A DNA stretch of 64,000 bases, taken from positions 1-64,000 of the forward strand of contig KZ537982.1 in the NCBI GenBank assembly GCA_000934665.2, read 5' to 3'. A program made the translations under genes and the position numbers. The notes under the pieces are model-generated. The model made no database searches. It saw nothing but the letters and a program-made list of their open reading frames with translations, and was not told the DNA's origin. This stretch comes from Catajapyx aquilonaris (Eukaryota). Below, piece by piece: positions 13,501 through 28,500 of this stretch. How positions within the stretch are numbered: position 1 is the stretch's first letter; every line of letters begins with the position of its first letter.

Positions 13501-16500
13501 AAACAATGTAATTATTTGTTATTATATAACACTTTATTGTCATGCAATCGGTATGGTGGTACAGAACTAGGACACAGCAGTCAATATATGAGATCCTAAG
13601 CTCAATAACCGGGTCGGTAAGATTTCAGGGGTTCTCTCCGTATTCCTATGGATTTTCTTGGGATTAACTTCTTTTATTATTTTCAATAATCCCTTTAAAA
13701 ACACCGCTCCATCTCATGCTCCTAATGGTCATTCACACAGCACACAATTCTCATGATCGGATAATCATTACCGATTGACTCAACTATTACCAACCATGAA
13801 CATAGATCAGTACATGACCTATCCCAACCTTTCAACCTTCTTTTAATGGCCCTTCCTCCAATAAACTTGGCGTCAGGCAATATCGTCCAATTAGCCACTC
13901 CTCCAAGGCAGTATCAAGTTGGCGTAACAATAACACCTCTCAACGACACGCTTCTTCGCACAACTTCAACCTGTAACAAAAGTCTAACCAGACGAAACTA
14001 TTATTATTGTTACGCGACACCCTAACGAATTCAGTTGCAAATGTTTGAGTTTCCTCCCTCTTTTTTGTTTTGTTTCTGAAGAAACTTTTTAATGAGATCA
14101 GTGCTATCGATTGGTTGAAAGATCCCTGTTTCGGATTCCAGGAAAGAACTGCTATAGTCTATAGACACCAGTCTATCCGATGGTTCATTTGCATTCGTAA
14201 CTTGCTCCTGGACAAGTGTGGTTCTGAATACTAATTGATGATGGAATCTGGATGGGTAGAGGAACTATACTATTACACGCCCCCTAAGCCCTCCAAGGAT
14301 ATAAGGATCGCATTATCGCCCACGATTTCCTCTGTACGTTTTTTTTCTGTACGAAAGTAACATTTATATTTCCCCCACNCCCCCCCCCGGATATTTTCGG
14401 TTCTGCACAGCGTGAAATTGATTCCTACGCATGGCTACTGCTATTGTGTTGAAAAAACAGGTATTATCAGCCACCGTGTACTGGCATACATGTCTCATGT
14501 TATTTTTTTAAAGTTATGCATCCCTGCATCTAAATTATTATTGATTGCTCATGACGGTGTGAATAATTACATGCATTTATCAGCATTCAGTAATGACCGT
14601 ACAGCGTCAACAACTCCTTTTTTTTCTTTCCATAGAGGTGCACTGTATGGCATATAGTCAGGGTCGTATGGGCGTGCAACATATGGCATTTGGGCCCTAG
14701 GCAGTCCGGATATCGGTATGGAGTTTCCCTATTTTCTGACGGAACTAGATCTTCCTCAGAGGCCAGACCCCCAACAGGCTCCTAAAGCAAACCAACTAGT
14801 GTGTGTGGGAGTGGAAAATGTCGGAAGCTGGGGCAAAAAGCCAATGAGGAATCGTATCTAGAATGAACGAATGCACTAAATATATGCCATCAAAGAGAGT
14901 ATTACGCATAAGTTATGTCTACAAAGGTCTGTAAAGCAATATGATAAAAAGCTGATTATATACAGTAGAATGTTAAATAATTAGTGAAAACTTCAATTTA
15001 TTTTAATTATGCAGCCATGTGTTACGGTGATAAAAAAGTGATAAACAAAATTTGGAAATAAGTCAGAACACATTGCAAGGTTGTACTGAACAGAAACACT
15101 GTACTACAACTTCTATGTGTGAACTCTAAAACTAATAGTCTGGCGTCGCTCTATCATCATGGTGCATGAGACACACTAACAAATTCAGTACTGTAAGAAA
15201 TGTTGCACACTCTAACATGTAATCAGTGTAGATAAGTGATTAAATTAGTCTGCAGTACTATACAGTATAGTCTGCCTGGAGTTATTATTGCGTCGTGAGT
15301 TGAACACTGTAAAACTGGAGAAACTATTGAGAGAGACATTACTGTAAGACACAGCATTGCATCAGTCAAGGTTAAGAAATAATGAGATAATTCGCTTAAC
15401 TACGTTATAAAAATCGATATGGTGTAGGATAACTGTATGGGTGGAAAACTACAGTTACTCTTTTTTAATATGCCATATTTCCTCATTTAAACTTTTTTCA
15501 CTCTTTGACTCGATTACGCCGTTAGCCTAACGGTAGGCTACTTTCTTACAGGGAGCAAAACTTTAGTACATTATTCAACATCCATTAAGGTAACATAATT
15601 TTTTGCACCTTCATAACTTGCGAAGTTTACTTTAGTAGGGATTAATTATCATGCGTTGGTTCCCAGCTTCTTCCTTCATATATGCGACCTTGTAACATGA
15701 ACGACGCCATTTTAATAGAGTAGATGTTCCTATTGCTTTACAGTATAAACACATATAATTATGTTACCACGATAAATGCAAGGTAGCGGAAAACACTAAT
15801 CTAATACTGAATAATTCGCAAACACACCATACCGAGAATAAAGTTCCGGTCTGACAGGCACCTGTACGAGATTCATTGTGTATTCCGCACGGAAGTGGAC
15901 CATATGTTATTTTAATGGAAACGGAAACACGATTTCTCCCACTGTATGTGACGGTCATGTCTGTTCCTGGTACCTATATGAAGCCGCTCGAGAGCAAACA
16001 TGAGTAATTGTTGTCACGCAGTGAGGAACAGCTCTAATTACGCTACAGGCAATGGTTTAAAAATATTTTCAGGTCGTACAGGGAGAGTGTACTTTAAAAA
16101 TCTATGTTAATGTAATTACATGTCACTATAGGATACCCCGCTTGGTTTTTATTACGGACCAGTTTTAATTACGCAACGGATTTGCGGTCAGTCAGCAATC
16201 CGGCCGCAAAGAATTTTTTAGAACAGGGTGTTCCAAATGAATTGTCCTTATTATGTAGTTACGTATGCACTCAGTTATTTACTGCTCATTTTTATCATAA
16301 TTATATTAATTTTTGCTTTTTTTTGGGAGGGAAGCTCCAATTCCAGGTAAGATTGTCTATTCCCCCAATTGGGTTGCTGGGGGTATACAACCTTCTAACT
16401 TCCTAATTTGAACAGTGGGACTTGGACAGCTCACCACCCTGTAGATCCAATTAATTCGTCCATCCATGAGTCTAAAAGGCTTTATACGCAACAGGTTCGC

Positions 16501-19500
16501 TAGGAAAATCCGCGATTTTGCGACAAACCTTGCATACACAAAATGGCAAAGCGCCTGGCTGGGTTTGGCTGAAAACGACCCTTTTGCCACAATTTGAACC
16601 AAAACTGCCGACAGCAAAGTAGAAGCTTCTAATTAGGCCTACATCCCCCCCTCCACCATCCCACCTTTCTCCCTGGAGAGATTCAAACTCACGGATTTAA
16701 TCAGCTCTAACAGGCTATTATTCCCTCTCTACCCCCCCTTCTCAAATGAATGTGTGATTCTCCAGTGGTGGAAAACCCAGGCTTACTAATAGCTGAATTA
16801 CCTCAGTCTCTAAGCGAATCTCTACTTTTAAACTTGAGCCTCGCAGTATACCCGAACCGCATTCACAATTCGGCAGTAAACCAACCTCACGCGAATTTCT
16901 TCCATTCTTTTTACGAGGCGACCCGAATCCTTCAGAAGCCCTTTGTGAGTCTATGTAAATGTCGAGGCCTAGGCCCCAGGCTTTTTTTTAATCAAGTGCT
17001 TTTGACGGGCGTTGTACCTGCATCTCCGTGGAAAATCTAGAAGCATGAGCGACATTCGTTTTTGTCAACATAGTCGATGGAATAATCCAAGAGTGTCACT
17101 CACTCTGGCCTCGGCAAAACTTGTCCGTGACATGATCGAAAGTGTTAGGGGAAGTCAAGTGTACTCAGGAGGTGCAGGGGACTTGCATTATGGAATTAGA
17201 GGCTTGGAGTAGCTTCAAGGCGGAGTCATACGTAATTTGATGGTAATTTTAGGGGTGGAGGGTAATGTTGTAATTAGGAGCTGTCATGGTCTGCGTGTGA
17301 TCGGTGTAATAATAAGGAGCCAATTATGAAGCTGGGCGACATTTTTGTGGCCTTCGATTGAAAATGTCGCGTTTACTAGACAGTAATGTCCTCTCCAAAA
17401 ATGATTACATATTTGACTTTCCATTTTTGCAATGCTCAGATGATTTCATCATTTTTGACAAAATTCCTTATTACTGTACAATAAGGTAAGTGCATGGAAG
17501 TGTGCTATACAGTTCCAGTTATAGCAGAGTACTTTTTAACATTAAAAAAATATTGCGGCCCACTTGGGTGAGGCTATATTTATTCTGAGCCCTTCTTCCT
17601 GCAGGAATTCTCGGGTAATATTTCCATCGAAATGCATGTTGGATTAATTTGCCACCCACCACCGAACCTGTACGGTACCTGAGAATTACATTTTGCATGA
17701 TTTATGCTGCCTACGTGAAGAATTAGGCCTACATGCAGATTTTTAATCAGATTGAAATTTAGTTTTTTCAGGAAATTCGGTCGATTTCGATATGAGTTTG
17801 GCTGAAAATGAGCATACATTTCCACACTTTCTACTTCTCATTCGGTGATTGGACAAAAAAACGACCAGGACACGAGTTTAATTTGCAAAAAGTAATATAC
17901 CGTACTATGCTGCTATATAAAAACCACCATGACTCATAACTGAATTTTAATAGTCTGCCAATGTTTCATTAAAAAGGTCATTGCTACCATAAAACAAATT
18001 CGTTTTGTATACCCTTACCCCAGCAGGCTCATGCCGTAGGGTACTTCGTTGCGCAAGGTTGTTCAATGTATTATGGATCCAGAATCAACTACGAACAAAA
18101 ACACACCGTGTGAAAATGGCTGTAGGCGTCTCTCCATGTTCTGTACCATCGAAAAGCACAGCATCTTTAAGTGAGGGAAACCCTAGTCACTTCATCGAAA
18201 ATCGATATTCAGCAGACCTATTATCCAGTAGGCAAGAATCCACCCCTTTTGCCATTCTGACAATAACACAAAGGACAAGGTGTGGGTTCCCTTCGTCAAA
18301 ATAATGAGGCTGCCTCAACTATTGCACAGTTATATTCAAAGATCATAGTCTACCTAGAAATGGCTTATCCCGACGCATTCATCCATGGGAAAAATGATTA
18401 TTTTTTATATTATGTTCAGGTGAGGGAAAACTGATAGATTACTCACTCCAGTCGCGCACGCGCACTCCAGCCGCGCTGGAGTGCGCGTGCGCGACTGGAA
18501 TGAATAATCCATCGAGTTTACAGCGTTCCACTTTCTCAATGAATACTACTTCGTAAGTTAACTTGGCCGAATGTAATACACTGACGAAGCAAGTAATCAA
18601 AATAAAACCATTCTCTTTGACAGAAGAGATTACTGCTGACTGACTCCTTCCCAGTCGGCCTATCAGTGATTTTAGGTGCTCAAGGGTTATAGCCGGCAAT
18701 AAAAGAAGCCTTCATCATGAAGTCGTCTCTTTCCTTCCATTTCCGTGTTCTCTCAACCCCTGCCTGCAATATTACGATAGAGTCTGCACGACAGGCACGC
18801 GACCTTCACCTTCATATATATACAATGTAACCAGAGATTACCTGCAGCACTCTATACACACTTGGTTATCAGGTTTCAAAGGAGCAACATTGTTATCCTT
18901 AACGTCAGAGGCATACAAAGTATGCATGCTCTGTAAACTGCTTTTGAGTTTCAAAAGCCTGCGTACCATGTTTGGGTAAAACCTGGCTGCATATTTTAAG
19001 ACAGTTGACTCTAGAAATCTGAACGCTGAGGACAAACATGGATGACATTTTACTAGAAAGCACTCTCATTCTCAGGTCTATAGGGATAGGAAATCCTGAT
19101 TAATTGAATTGGAGAGTCTGATCACAAGTGGAATTCTTTCCAATTTGAGGCCAAGCCAAGTCTACAGGTCCAGAAATCTCATCGACTCACTAATTAGGGG
19201 GCAAGAGTTGGGGAGCTTATCTCTCTACGGACAATCTCGTTAGGAGTGAATCCTCCTTTTCTTGTGGGGGGTATCGGCAGGAACCCACTGTGGCGAGGAG
19301 TTGGGGTTGTAGAGGATGGATGAAATCGTGTCAGGTAACACCCAAAGAGCGTTTTGTGAACTTTGACGAGTCCCAGGAGAAGGATTTCTAAGTAAGGCTC
19401 CATCAGACTGCTGTTAGGTAACATGTATTGGGTTCATTAAATTATGTAACAGTATATCCTTACACTGAAATATTAACCGCAACATCGTAATGAGATTGTG

Positions 19501-22500
19501 GACGGAATTTTTTTTTGTTAAAATCAGCCGTGCCCTACATTCTGTAGTGGAAAAAAGGTCAAATGAGCTTCGTTTTCCCGGGAGATAAGGTTGAAAGTGA
19601 ATTTCTGGGACGCGAAAACGGCACGTGGCATCCTATACACTTAATTCTACATTCTGTAAACACCTTGGGATATTACAGACAGGTCTACAACCCCATTATA
19701 ATACAGTAGATATGTGCCTGTCGGTATTAATTTGAGGTGATGGGCGGGTTTCATTTCTTTGGAAGAGTATACCCGTGAAAGGGTAAAGGACCAAGTTGTT
19801 TACAGCTTCTAGCTGTCGTCAGCATGCTTCTCGAATGGTTCTGCTCCAAATTCGAATCGTCAAAAACATCTCGCAAATTATGGGTGCTCCAGGAGCACTG
19901 GAATGTGAAGAGCCTATACAGACCCTATTTCGAACAGTAAATGCCAAAATAAAGCACCAGATCTATAGCACTATAAATTGCGAACTCTTGAGACGACTGT
20001 ACGCTCAATAGTTCTAACACACCAATGGAGCATTTAGAATATAATAATCCTATCATTCCTTAGATGGAATTAGGAATCGGGATGTAAATGCAACAGTTAG
20101 TATAGATTAAAGGTACAGCCCAGTACATGTTTTGTTCCGATGTTCCCGATGAGTAGCCCGCAATTGTACAGTATACCGTTGTCTTTGCAGCGCTTTACAC
20201 ACGAAAGGGAAATACCACGGTTTCGCACACTTGGGTAAATTCAGTATAATTAGAAGGATTTGCATTAGGGAAAACCCCAGCGTTTACCAGTGAATTTCTC
20301 GGTTTTGCGAATTTATGCCATTCGGTTTTGTGGCAGCCAAGCGAATCGCTTTATGTGGATGAGAATTGTTGATGCCCGTCTCACAAGCCGAAACAACGGC
20401 TGCTGCGGAGACTTCCTAATATGTGTGCATTTGCTGCACATTTCAATATCCAGACTGTTTCAAAGACGCCTAAATTCTCTAGAGCTATTGTTATTGCTTG
20501 GAATTAAAATGTAATCCTAATGTAGAACTGTTGATATAGATGAAACTCGAGTGAAACGTGGATATAGGGCGGTAACAAAAACATCATTAAATATTACTGT
20601 GTGGACAATTCATAATTAGAGAGGTAATGATTTATTAATGAGCATGAAAAGGTGACTGCTACCACATAATTTTATCATCAGGAAAGCCCTGTTTTAAAAT
20701 CAATTTAAAAGTATTTGAAATGTTCATATTTTTTATAGATAAGGTTTATACTGTATATTGTCAAGGCAGTAGGAGGAGTCACTGTTAAAAGGTAATTGTG
20801 AAGAGAACAGAAAAATAAAGAAGTGAGGAATTATTGTAATTTTTGTGGTTCACGTTCCTTTCCTTGAAAATCGTGCTGAAGTAAAATTATTCATGTCATT
20901 ACTGACCTCGGATTAACTTTATAAGGATCAATGTTTCTGTTACCAACCTAATTCGGACTAAAGACTTTTGTAACATTTTCTAATAATCGATTGAGTCAGT
21001 TATACCATGCCTCTTATTTTACCAGTTGCCGCAAGGTAGGCACAGAAATTGGAATCTCTCCTTCAAAACTAACTTTTTCGATATGAACAACTACTCTGCT
21101 TCCCAGCAGCTCAATTAAAGTTCAGAGTTAGTAAGTTTATAAAATATCTACCAGATTATAAACCAAATATGGTTTTTCTGCCGATTTTAATTATTTTTCT
21201 CGCGTACATATTCCTATTTTGATTTATAACTCATACCGGTTATTATCTATAGTAACCTACTTTTCTCAAGTACTAACGTTACTTTCTTTTGTCGTCGATC
21301 GCCCTCTTTGATCTCACCTAATATTAACCAACTCTAGGACTGATGCGAATTAACCCGTAACAAGGACTTTCGAAGAGTCAATTATTTTCGCTTAATAAGA
21401 AAGCTCTGCAGCACAGTCGCCTTATTATAGACATAATGATCTCAAACAAGGTAACTGTCCTTTGATTTGATTATTGTCGCCGTCGTTGATCACCCCTGCT
21501 GTGGAAACTTTTGTCCAAGGATTCACGTGTAACAAGAAACCTAACAAAGGCTCAAATTACATCTCTCCAGCTACTGAGTCAATCCTGATGATCTATTAAA
21601 AATAACAAGATGGAATCAAACAATATCGCCGTCAATATCCCATCTTGACACTATCTGATCATGATTGTTATAACAAGCACTTGCGTCACACATTCGCTAA
21701 GTCACATCGACGCCCACACCAAACCTTCAGGCTCCATTTCTGCATAAAAAATGTTTTCCACCAAAAAACTTTTTCAACAAAAGTTTGCCCCGCATCAAAA
21801 ATCCTATCAGGCAGCCTTTATCTAATGGAAATTCAGCTACCCTCTGTGAATCTGGATGTCGCAGCACGTTTAAAAATTGGCACGCATGCGCACCATCTCG
21901 GCCATCATGAGTATATTACATTGTGGCGAGTAATAGAAGTTGAGGGGGGAACAGAAGAAAAAGGAAAAAAAGGCGGAAGATGCTTTTAGGAGTTACGTGA
22001 CCTGAAGTGGAGAAAGGTACCTTCACCCCTCCTCACGTTTCAGCCTCGAGAAAAACACGTAAAAGAAAATGTATATTTCTACCCTGTTGGGTAATAAATT
22101 CTTGGAAGCATCTTGCCTTCTTTTTCATATTTGCCTTTAAAAAATGCGCGATAGTTTTCACGTTCCCATGTTCAAATCCATGTGTTCCACCTGTTGCGCT
22201 TGACTCGAATATTCAAACCGGCTGGTACTGTATATTGTTGGAGAAAATGCTGATTGTAATAAGCTGGCTAAATTGAACCGGTTTAAGATTTATCTTCAGG
22301 GACCACCGGTGACCTCGTAATTTGCAGGCAGGCAGAGGTGATTTTGATAGAGCGGTCTCGTCTGTCATCGCTTCAGGGCGACAATAAATTTATCGTCCAG
22401 ATTGTTTGGCTGGCGGACCAAGCTTCGGCACAAAGCGATCCATCCGCATGATAAATATTTGAACCTACATCAATCATTGACCTAGATATATATAACGAGG

Positions 22501-25500
22501 CGATAATGCTAATTCTATGGGTTTGTTCCCTTCACGGAAATCATCATCAAATCCAGCAGGCTCTCTCTGGAAGCGTTTTCGGTTGGGGAAAAGGACAATA
22601 CACAAGTGAAGGTGGGCAAATACGCGGTAATCAGTGGAAACGTCGAAGTAGATAGCTTGTGTACCCAACCTGAATTAATACTCGACTCATGTGATCAAAT
22701 AGCAGCGACTGTATTGTATCAACATCCAAAATTGCTTTCTTTGAGTTCAGCAGCAAACAACTGTAAACATCGCACAAAAGCCTATTCCGCTTGTTCATAT
22801 CATTCAAATATTTGCTATTTCCAATAATAATAACAATAATAAATTTTAATAATAATAATAATTCGTTGTATGACCGAGGCTTGGCGCCCATTATGCGCCT
22901 GCGCAATGGGAAGGCATCGCCTCTGGTGGATGGGAGGAGGAACTTCAACCAGCTTCAATGATATGATTTTTTTCCGATTCTAATTGAAAATATCACTTCA
23001 GCATATAGAGATTGAAATAGCTTTTGAACTCACCGTACCAAAGAGTGGTATATTATGCTATCCTTTAAGTTTGGCCTGCCTGAGGGAGAATAGCTAGCAG
23101 GAGACTCGTTTACTAATTCTGCAAAAACGTAACCAACTCCCTTCCGATAGAAGCACCGCTTTTCACTCGGGCTAATCAAAGGCTGCACACTCTTCCTTTT
23201 TTCCCCTTATAGTTCCCATCCGGATTATGGCGTGACGGTTATGATTAATGTAGAGCCAAGTAATCCTCTCTTTTTTGACGTCTACACCGCAAGAGCCAGA
23301 TGCAAACTTTACCAAGGAAAAAAATTTGCAGGGAGGTTTTATCACCTTAACGATCGCCACTTTGTCATTATTAGGATCTGGCATTTCCCCTACTTTTTTA
23401 TACAGGCTTTTCATTACCATAGCCGTAATTAATAGTGCAGGGATTTTGATGTCAATTTCAGGCCCTGGCATCGAACGGGTTAAGTCCTGTTCAGGTTAGC
23501 CCCTGAATTTAAGGGGTGGTTCACCATAAGTGACAGAAGACAATGCCCATTGAGCAGAAGGTGTCATGGTGTGACAGTCATTCACCAGAGAATGATTTAT
23601 CAGTTTGACACTCCAGACAAGAACTGGTCAGGAAAATTGACATCGCATGTTTTTTTATGTGGGCAAGCACACGACACAGCCAGAGTGCAAAAATTGTGAT
23701 AAATGAGTGGACCTAAGCGAAGTGCAATCAATTTACATTGTTCGACCTCCATTACTACAATGAAAAGAGGCCAAAAGACCGAGACGATGATTACGTCGTG
23801 CATTCTATCAAACAATTGGCACACATGAAATAGGGCCATTAGCGTAATTTCATAATATTATGAAAAATCTGCATTATTGATTTGGGCGTTACCATTTCTG
23901 GCCACAATGCATAAGATTTATATTTATTCACCGTGATTGATAGTTTGACCTTGGTGTAACATGACAACCTGTTTGTGTACACACCAACATGTGGACAGTT
24001 TTCTCTCGTTTCCTGCTCCAGCATCTGTGTCCAGGGTAAAGGCCAAAGGGGCTTGTCCCGGGGTGTTCCACCCTCTCAAATGAGGGACACCAACTCTCTC
24101 ACGTACACAACGGAGCTCAACCACAGGATCAATCACATGCAATCAAGCGTTTGTTACAATCCTCATTTGAAATTTTGGAGGCGCCCGAGATTGCTGGCTC
24201 GGTCACTCATCCAGCGAATCACTATTTGCATTTGGATTCGCTCATTTCCTACACTCGCTTCCAAAGGGGATATGTCAATTCGAGAGGGGGTGGGAGGTGG
24301 AAAAAAACCCGGATAAAAATGGTGTGTAGAGTGGGTCTGGCATTGCAGACAGGAAGCAATGGGATCAGCGATCGGTTTCTTCCGTGAACGAGGTGGTATT
24401 GGATCACTGGTTGATACTGTGACGACACATATACGACATGGTGTGTGCATAACTACAGCCATGTTGAGCCTACTAGTCTTAGTAAAAAAAAAGGTGTGGT
24501 TAAAGTCATAAAAAAAAGATGGTATCTAAAGGACCTCCTTTTCTCCTGCAGTTCCAGATCATGCCAGACCCAGGATATCTAGCCTCCCAGCCGAAGCGTA
24601 CAATCCCAGAGACGACATATATCGCCTTCGAAGCTTCAGCATCACCGCCAAAGGCGTCGTCAATTGCGGCGACGCCATCGTTCCTCGCAGGTCAAGGTCC
24701 AACACCAGTGTGGCTTCCTCAGCTAGCAGGTAATTTTCAGCAATCCATTTGGTGCAATATCTTGGAAATGTTCATCCTGGCTTGTATGCAGCAGCACCCT
24801 TGTATCATACATGGCATAACGGAAAGGGGCAAAACGACGCGAATTTGTGATACGGTACCGTAGTAATTAATAATGCATTTTGTAATATGTAAATAAATAA
24901 TGACATCAATAATAGCACGGGCTGATTAGAGCACTGATAGCTTTGAGCGGTATGAGGATTTCCATTAGTAAACCAAATAGCAACCATGTTCGATAGTATT
25001 TAAATACGACATTACCATGCAATGAGTAGATCTTGTGTTACTACAGAGGTTTCTCGAGGGTTTCACGCTTCATGTCATGTCATGTAATGCGTAGTCTGTC
25101 ACTGTATTAAATTCAGTTTCCTGTGGTATTACTTAATTAATGCTACCGCATATGGAGCAAATTATACTGTTTCGTGGAGTGTATACTTGCCTATTCGCTT
25201 CGAGGTATAGTGGCTCTTCCGTTTCGTAATTTCATTGTAGCTTTTATCTGCCTATATTAACAGAATAATTGCTTTTGCTAGTGAAAAACAGGAAACTGTG
25301 GAGTCAACGGCCTGTGAAAAATTTCGTTCCTTAAATACACAACAATTCAGTAAAAGCTCATTGACCTGACAAATCCAATGTTGATAAAGCTAAAATAACT
25401 AATTACTGATATTATTATTTCTTAAAAGTAACTCCTGCTTTGGTTGCTACAGTCACAAAAATTGCATAATGAAAAGGAGCTATTCAAAAAATTAGTTCAT

Positions 25501-28500
25501 AAGTTAACTACATAGCATTGCACAATTTAATATCACCGAGCAGTATTAATTAGGCATAATACCAAAAGTACTTTTTGTCCCAAAGTTGCCTCAATACGCC
25601 ATATGATCATTATACAGTAACGAGACAATCACATTGAGCCAGATACAACAAAGGCCAATTCATTTTGAACCGAACAAGTCCGCGTTTGAAGGTCAATGTG
25701 GAACTAATTAGCGAAGCCTATTCTATATTGAATGGGTACTACCCTTGTCCCATGTAATGAGGAAAATCCGCTGGCGCATTAAATATTTAGCTCATGAGAG
25801 CAGGCTGCAGATTTCAAAACAGAACCATTGAAATATGGGGGCCTTTTGGGAGCAAAATTTCGTGCACTTTTTTTCTACGTGCCGTTATTTGTTATGGAAC
25901 ACCAGGCAATATACGGGTTTTTTTTCGGACTTTGAGAAAAGCCAGGCTAAAAATTATCCGCTTTTCTCACTATCTAATTTACGAGGAAACAGGTCAACCT
26001 CGCTACAAGTGCACGCTTCAAAAGCCACATTGAAATGCGGCGGCACGTTCACAGGCCGATTTTTTTTCCAAGTCGGATGATGTGAAAAACCGAAAAAACC
26101 TTACACAACAACAGTGGTTATGTATACTACAGTGTGTTCCAATTAATTTCCTCAGTATTGTTAATTGCGCTAAGCTATGTCCTGAATTGGGCTGGGAGGG
26201 ACGTCCACAAATTCTAGTCCCACCTTTGACCTCTTCCTTTGCATTTTCGGGAGCCAACAACCCTCTCAAGAGATGATTACCATACTTCTGGCTGACGCGG
26301 TGCTTATGCGCTATTTCAAGTCCTAACCGAGCCGAGTTCCGCGGATTTCATATTCTGTTTATGAGAGCGGCACAATGGGCCCTCCAAGCGGCAAATCGGT
26401 GTCCGTGGCCACGGACGAGCTGTGCTAACAATGCGCAATGTCCATGTTTTATGTAAGTTATCTCATTATACTTGAGGATGGTCGAAGATTAAGCTGGTAG
26501 ATGTAATCTAATGAGTCCATTGTCCATGATTGAGCGTTGTACGTGGGCGTTACTGGTCCAATGGTTGTAACAGGGGCGTATGTAATACATGTGCCCCGTT
26601 TTTGGCAGAAATCGGCATTGTGACGACCCCGGGGCCGCCCCGGGGCCAACCTGCGATCAGAGTCCCAGACTTACTCGACTCTGGATCCTAACTCCACTCT
26701 CCCCTGGCCAAAGCTAGGGAAGCATTGCGCATGCCCGTCCTCCCGTCACATGACCGGTAGGGGGCGGGTTCTCACAACATTCCAAATGAGCAACAGTCAT
26801 ATTGGATGAGCTGTCCGCACATGTTTACTCTATAGATTTGCATACGCCCCATTTCAAAGCTTCAGTTCAAGCCCGTCTAACTTAGCAAACAGAACCAAGC
26901 CCATATAATCCACTACATATTCCAGGGTATGTTGCGCAATATCGACCTTAAACACTGTAGGCCTAACCATGTCTGAAACCGGTCGCTCTTCCACAGGATT
27001 TATCCTTTCAAAGGAAAGTCTTTGAAAAGGAGGAATAATGCGCTGAATAGGCTCCATCTTCTTCTAGGACTACAGCAGGGAGTCCTCTTCGCATCATCCT
27101 GTTCACCTGAATTTTTAGGAGAAAAAAAAGCACAATATTCATCTTCTACGACGCAAAAATTTCTAAGTTCTAAACAAAAGAAGATTGCGATCTGGTTTCC
27201 TTCATAAGGTTTTTCGACATCATGGATATATTCCTATAGAATTTTTACTCAAGTTTTCGTATATGCTCTCAGGAGAAATCACGTGACTAATTTGGAGGAC
27301 TGTGATGTGAAATATTTCAGATTGCTTTTCAAGACTTGGGGTGAGGATGAAAGGCGTCCTAATTAAGAATAACTGGATATCCTGGAGGGAAGTAAGTTTT
27401 AGGAAGGCGAAGTTTGGGGAGAACCTTTTATACATGTTTCTTGAGTAAAGGGCACGTTAAAAATAAGCATGTCGGAATTTTTTTTCGGTGTTCAGAAAAT
27501 GTTCCCTAAGTGCCAAGTTTGCACTCGAGGCGAATTGTAGTTTGTCGTGTATCTGTGACGCACTTTAGAGCAATCGGAAGTTGTAGCGTGCAAATGTTTG
27601 TTTTCTGCTTCTAGGTTAAGACGCATTTTACTGATGTATCTACGTCGTTTGCTTTATAGGCGGACATCGTCCTCTTGTCTTTTTTAAAAGGAAAGGGTAC
27701 ATGCTTTTCTTGAAGAGTCCGAGATGATGGCAAACTAATGAAATTGCTCTCCCGGGAGATTTTCCGCCCCCTTCACCCCCCTTCTACCAATCTCTTCATG
27801 AGGTCGTCCTATAGATTATGCCTTAAAACAGGGGCTTATAATAGCAGCCATGGGGCCCATAACTTTAAGAAAATCTATACATCGACAAGTATTATTGTTT
27901 TCAATGCTACAAATTATCGGACGAAACCATTAGCCATACCCGCTAATAACAACCTTACATAAAGCACTTTGATGCGCCTGAATATACGCCATTTAAGTTT
28001 GGGTCTGTGATTAATTACTGCTCACTAATCTTGCAGCCAAAGTTGTTCCCAAGAGGAACGGGAGTGAAATTAATGGCCTTCAAAGTAAAACTAGAGAGAT
28101 TCAATACTTGCTACAGTGTTGGTGCAGCATAATGTCAGACATTAAGTTGTGATGGTCTGTGTTTCAGGTACAGCAAGGAAAGTTGCGCTGGAGACCGATC
28201 CCCTTTCGAGGGATCGTGTTGCGGCTCCAGCGCTGTTTCATCCGAGTCCGGAGGTGACGTCACAACGTTTCGAGTGGCTATGTTGGGAGCTCCTGGAGTT
28301 GGAAAGACGGCCCTGGTGTCACAGTTCATGACTTCAGAGTACATGAATACCTATGACGTCTCTCTAGGTACCACTCCCATATTTGTTCTACTCTATAACA
28401 GTATTCAAGTTCAAATTTTTTACATATTTTTATAATTTTTTTTTTGTAATATCGCCTTCAGACTAATGATTCTCGCTACTAAGGTGTGCTACATCACATG

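Noticed and set aside
23172..23499. Overlapping 66-99 aa ORFs in RGK intron 1
   Set aside because: No recognisable motif and no convincing splice context.
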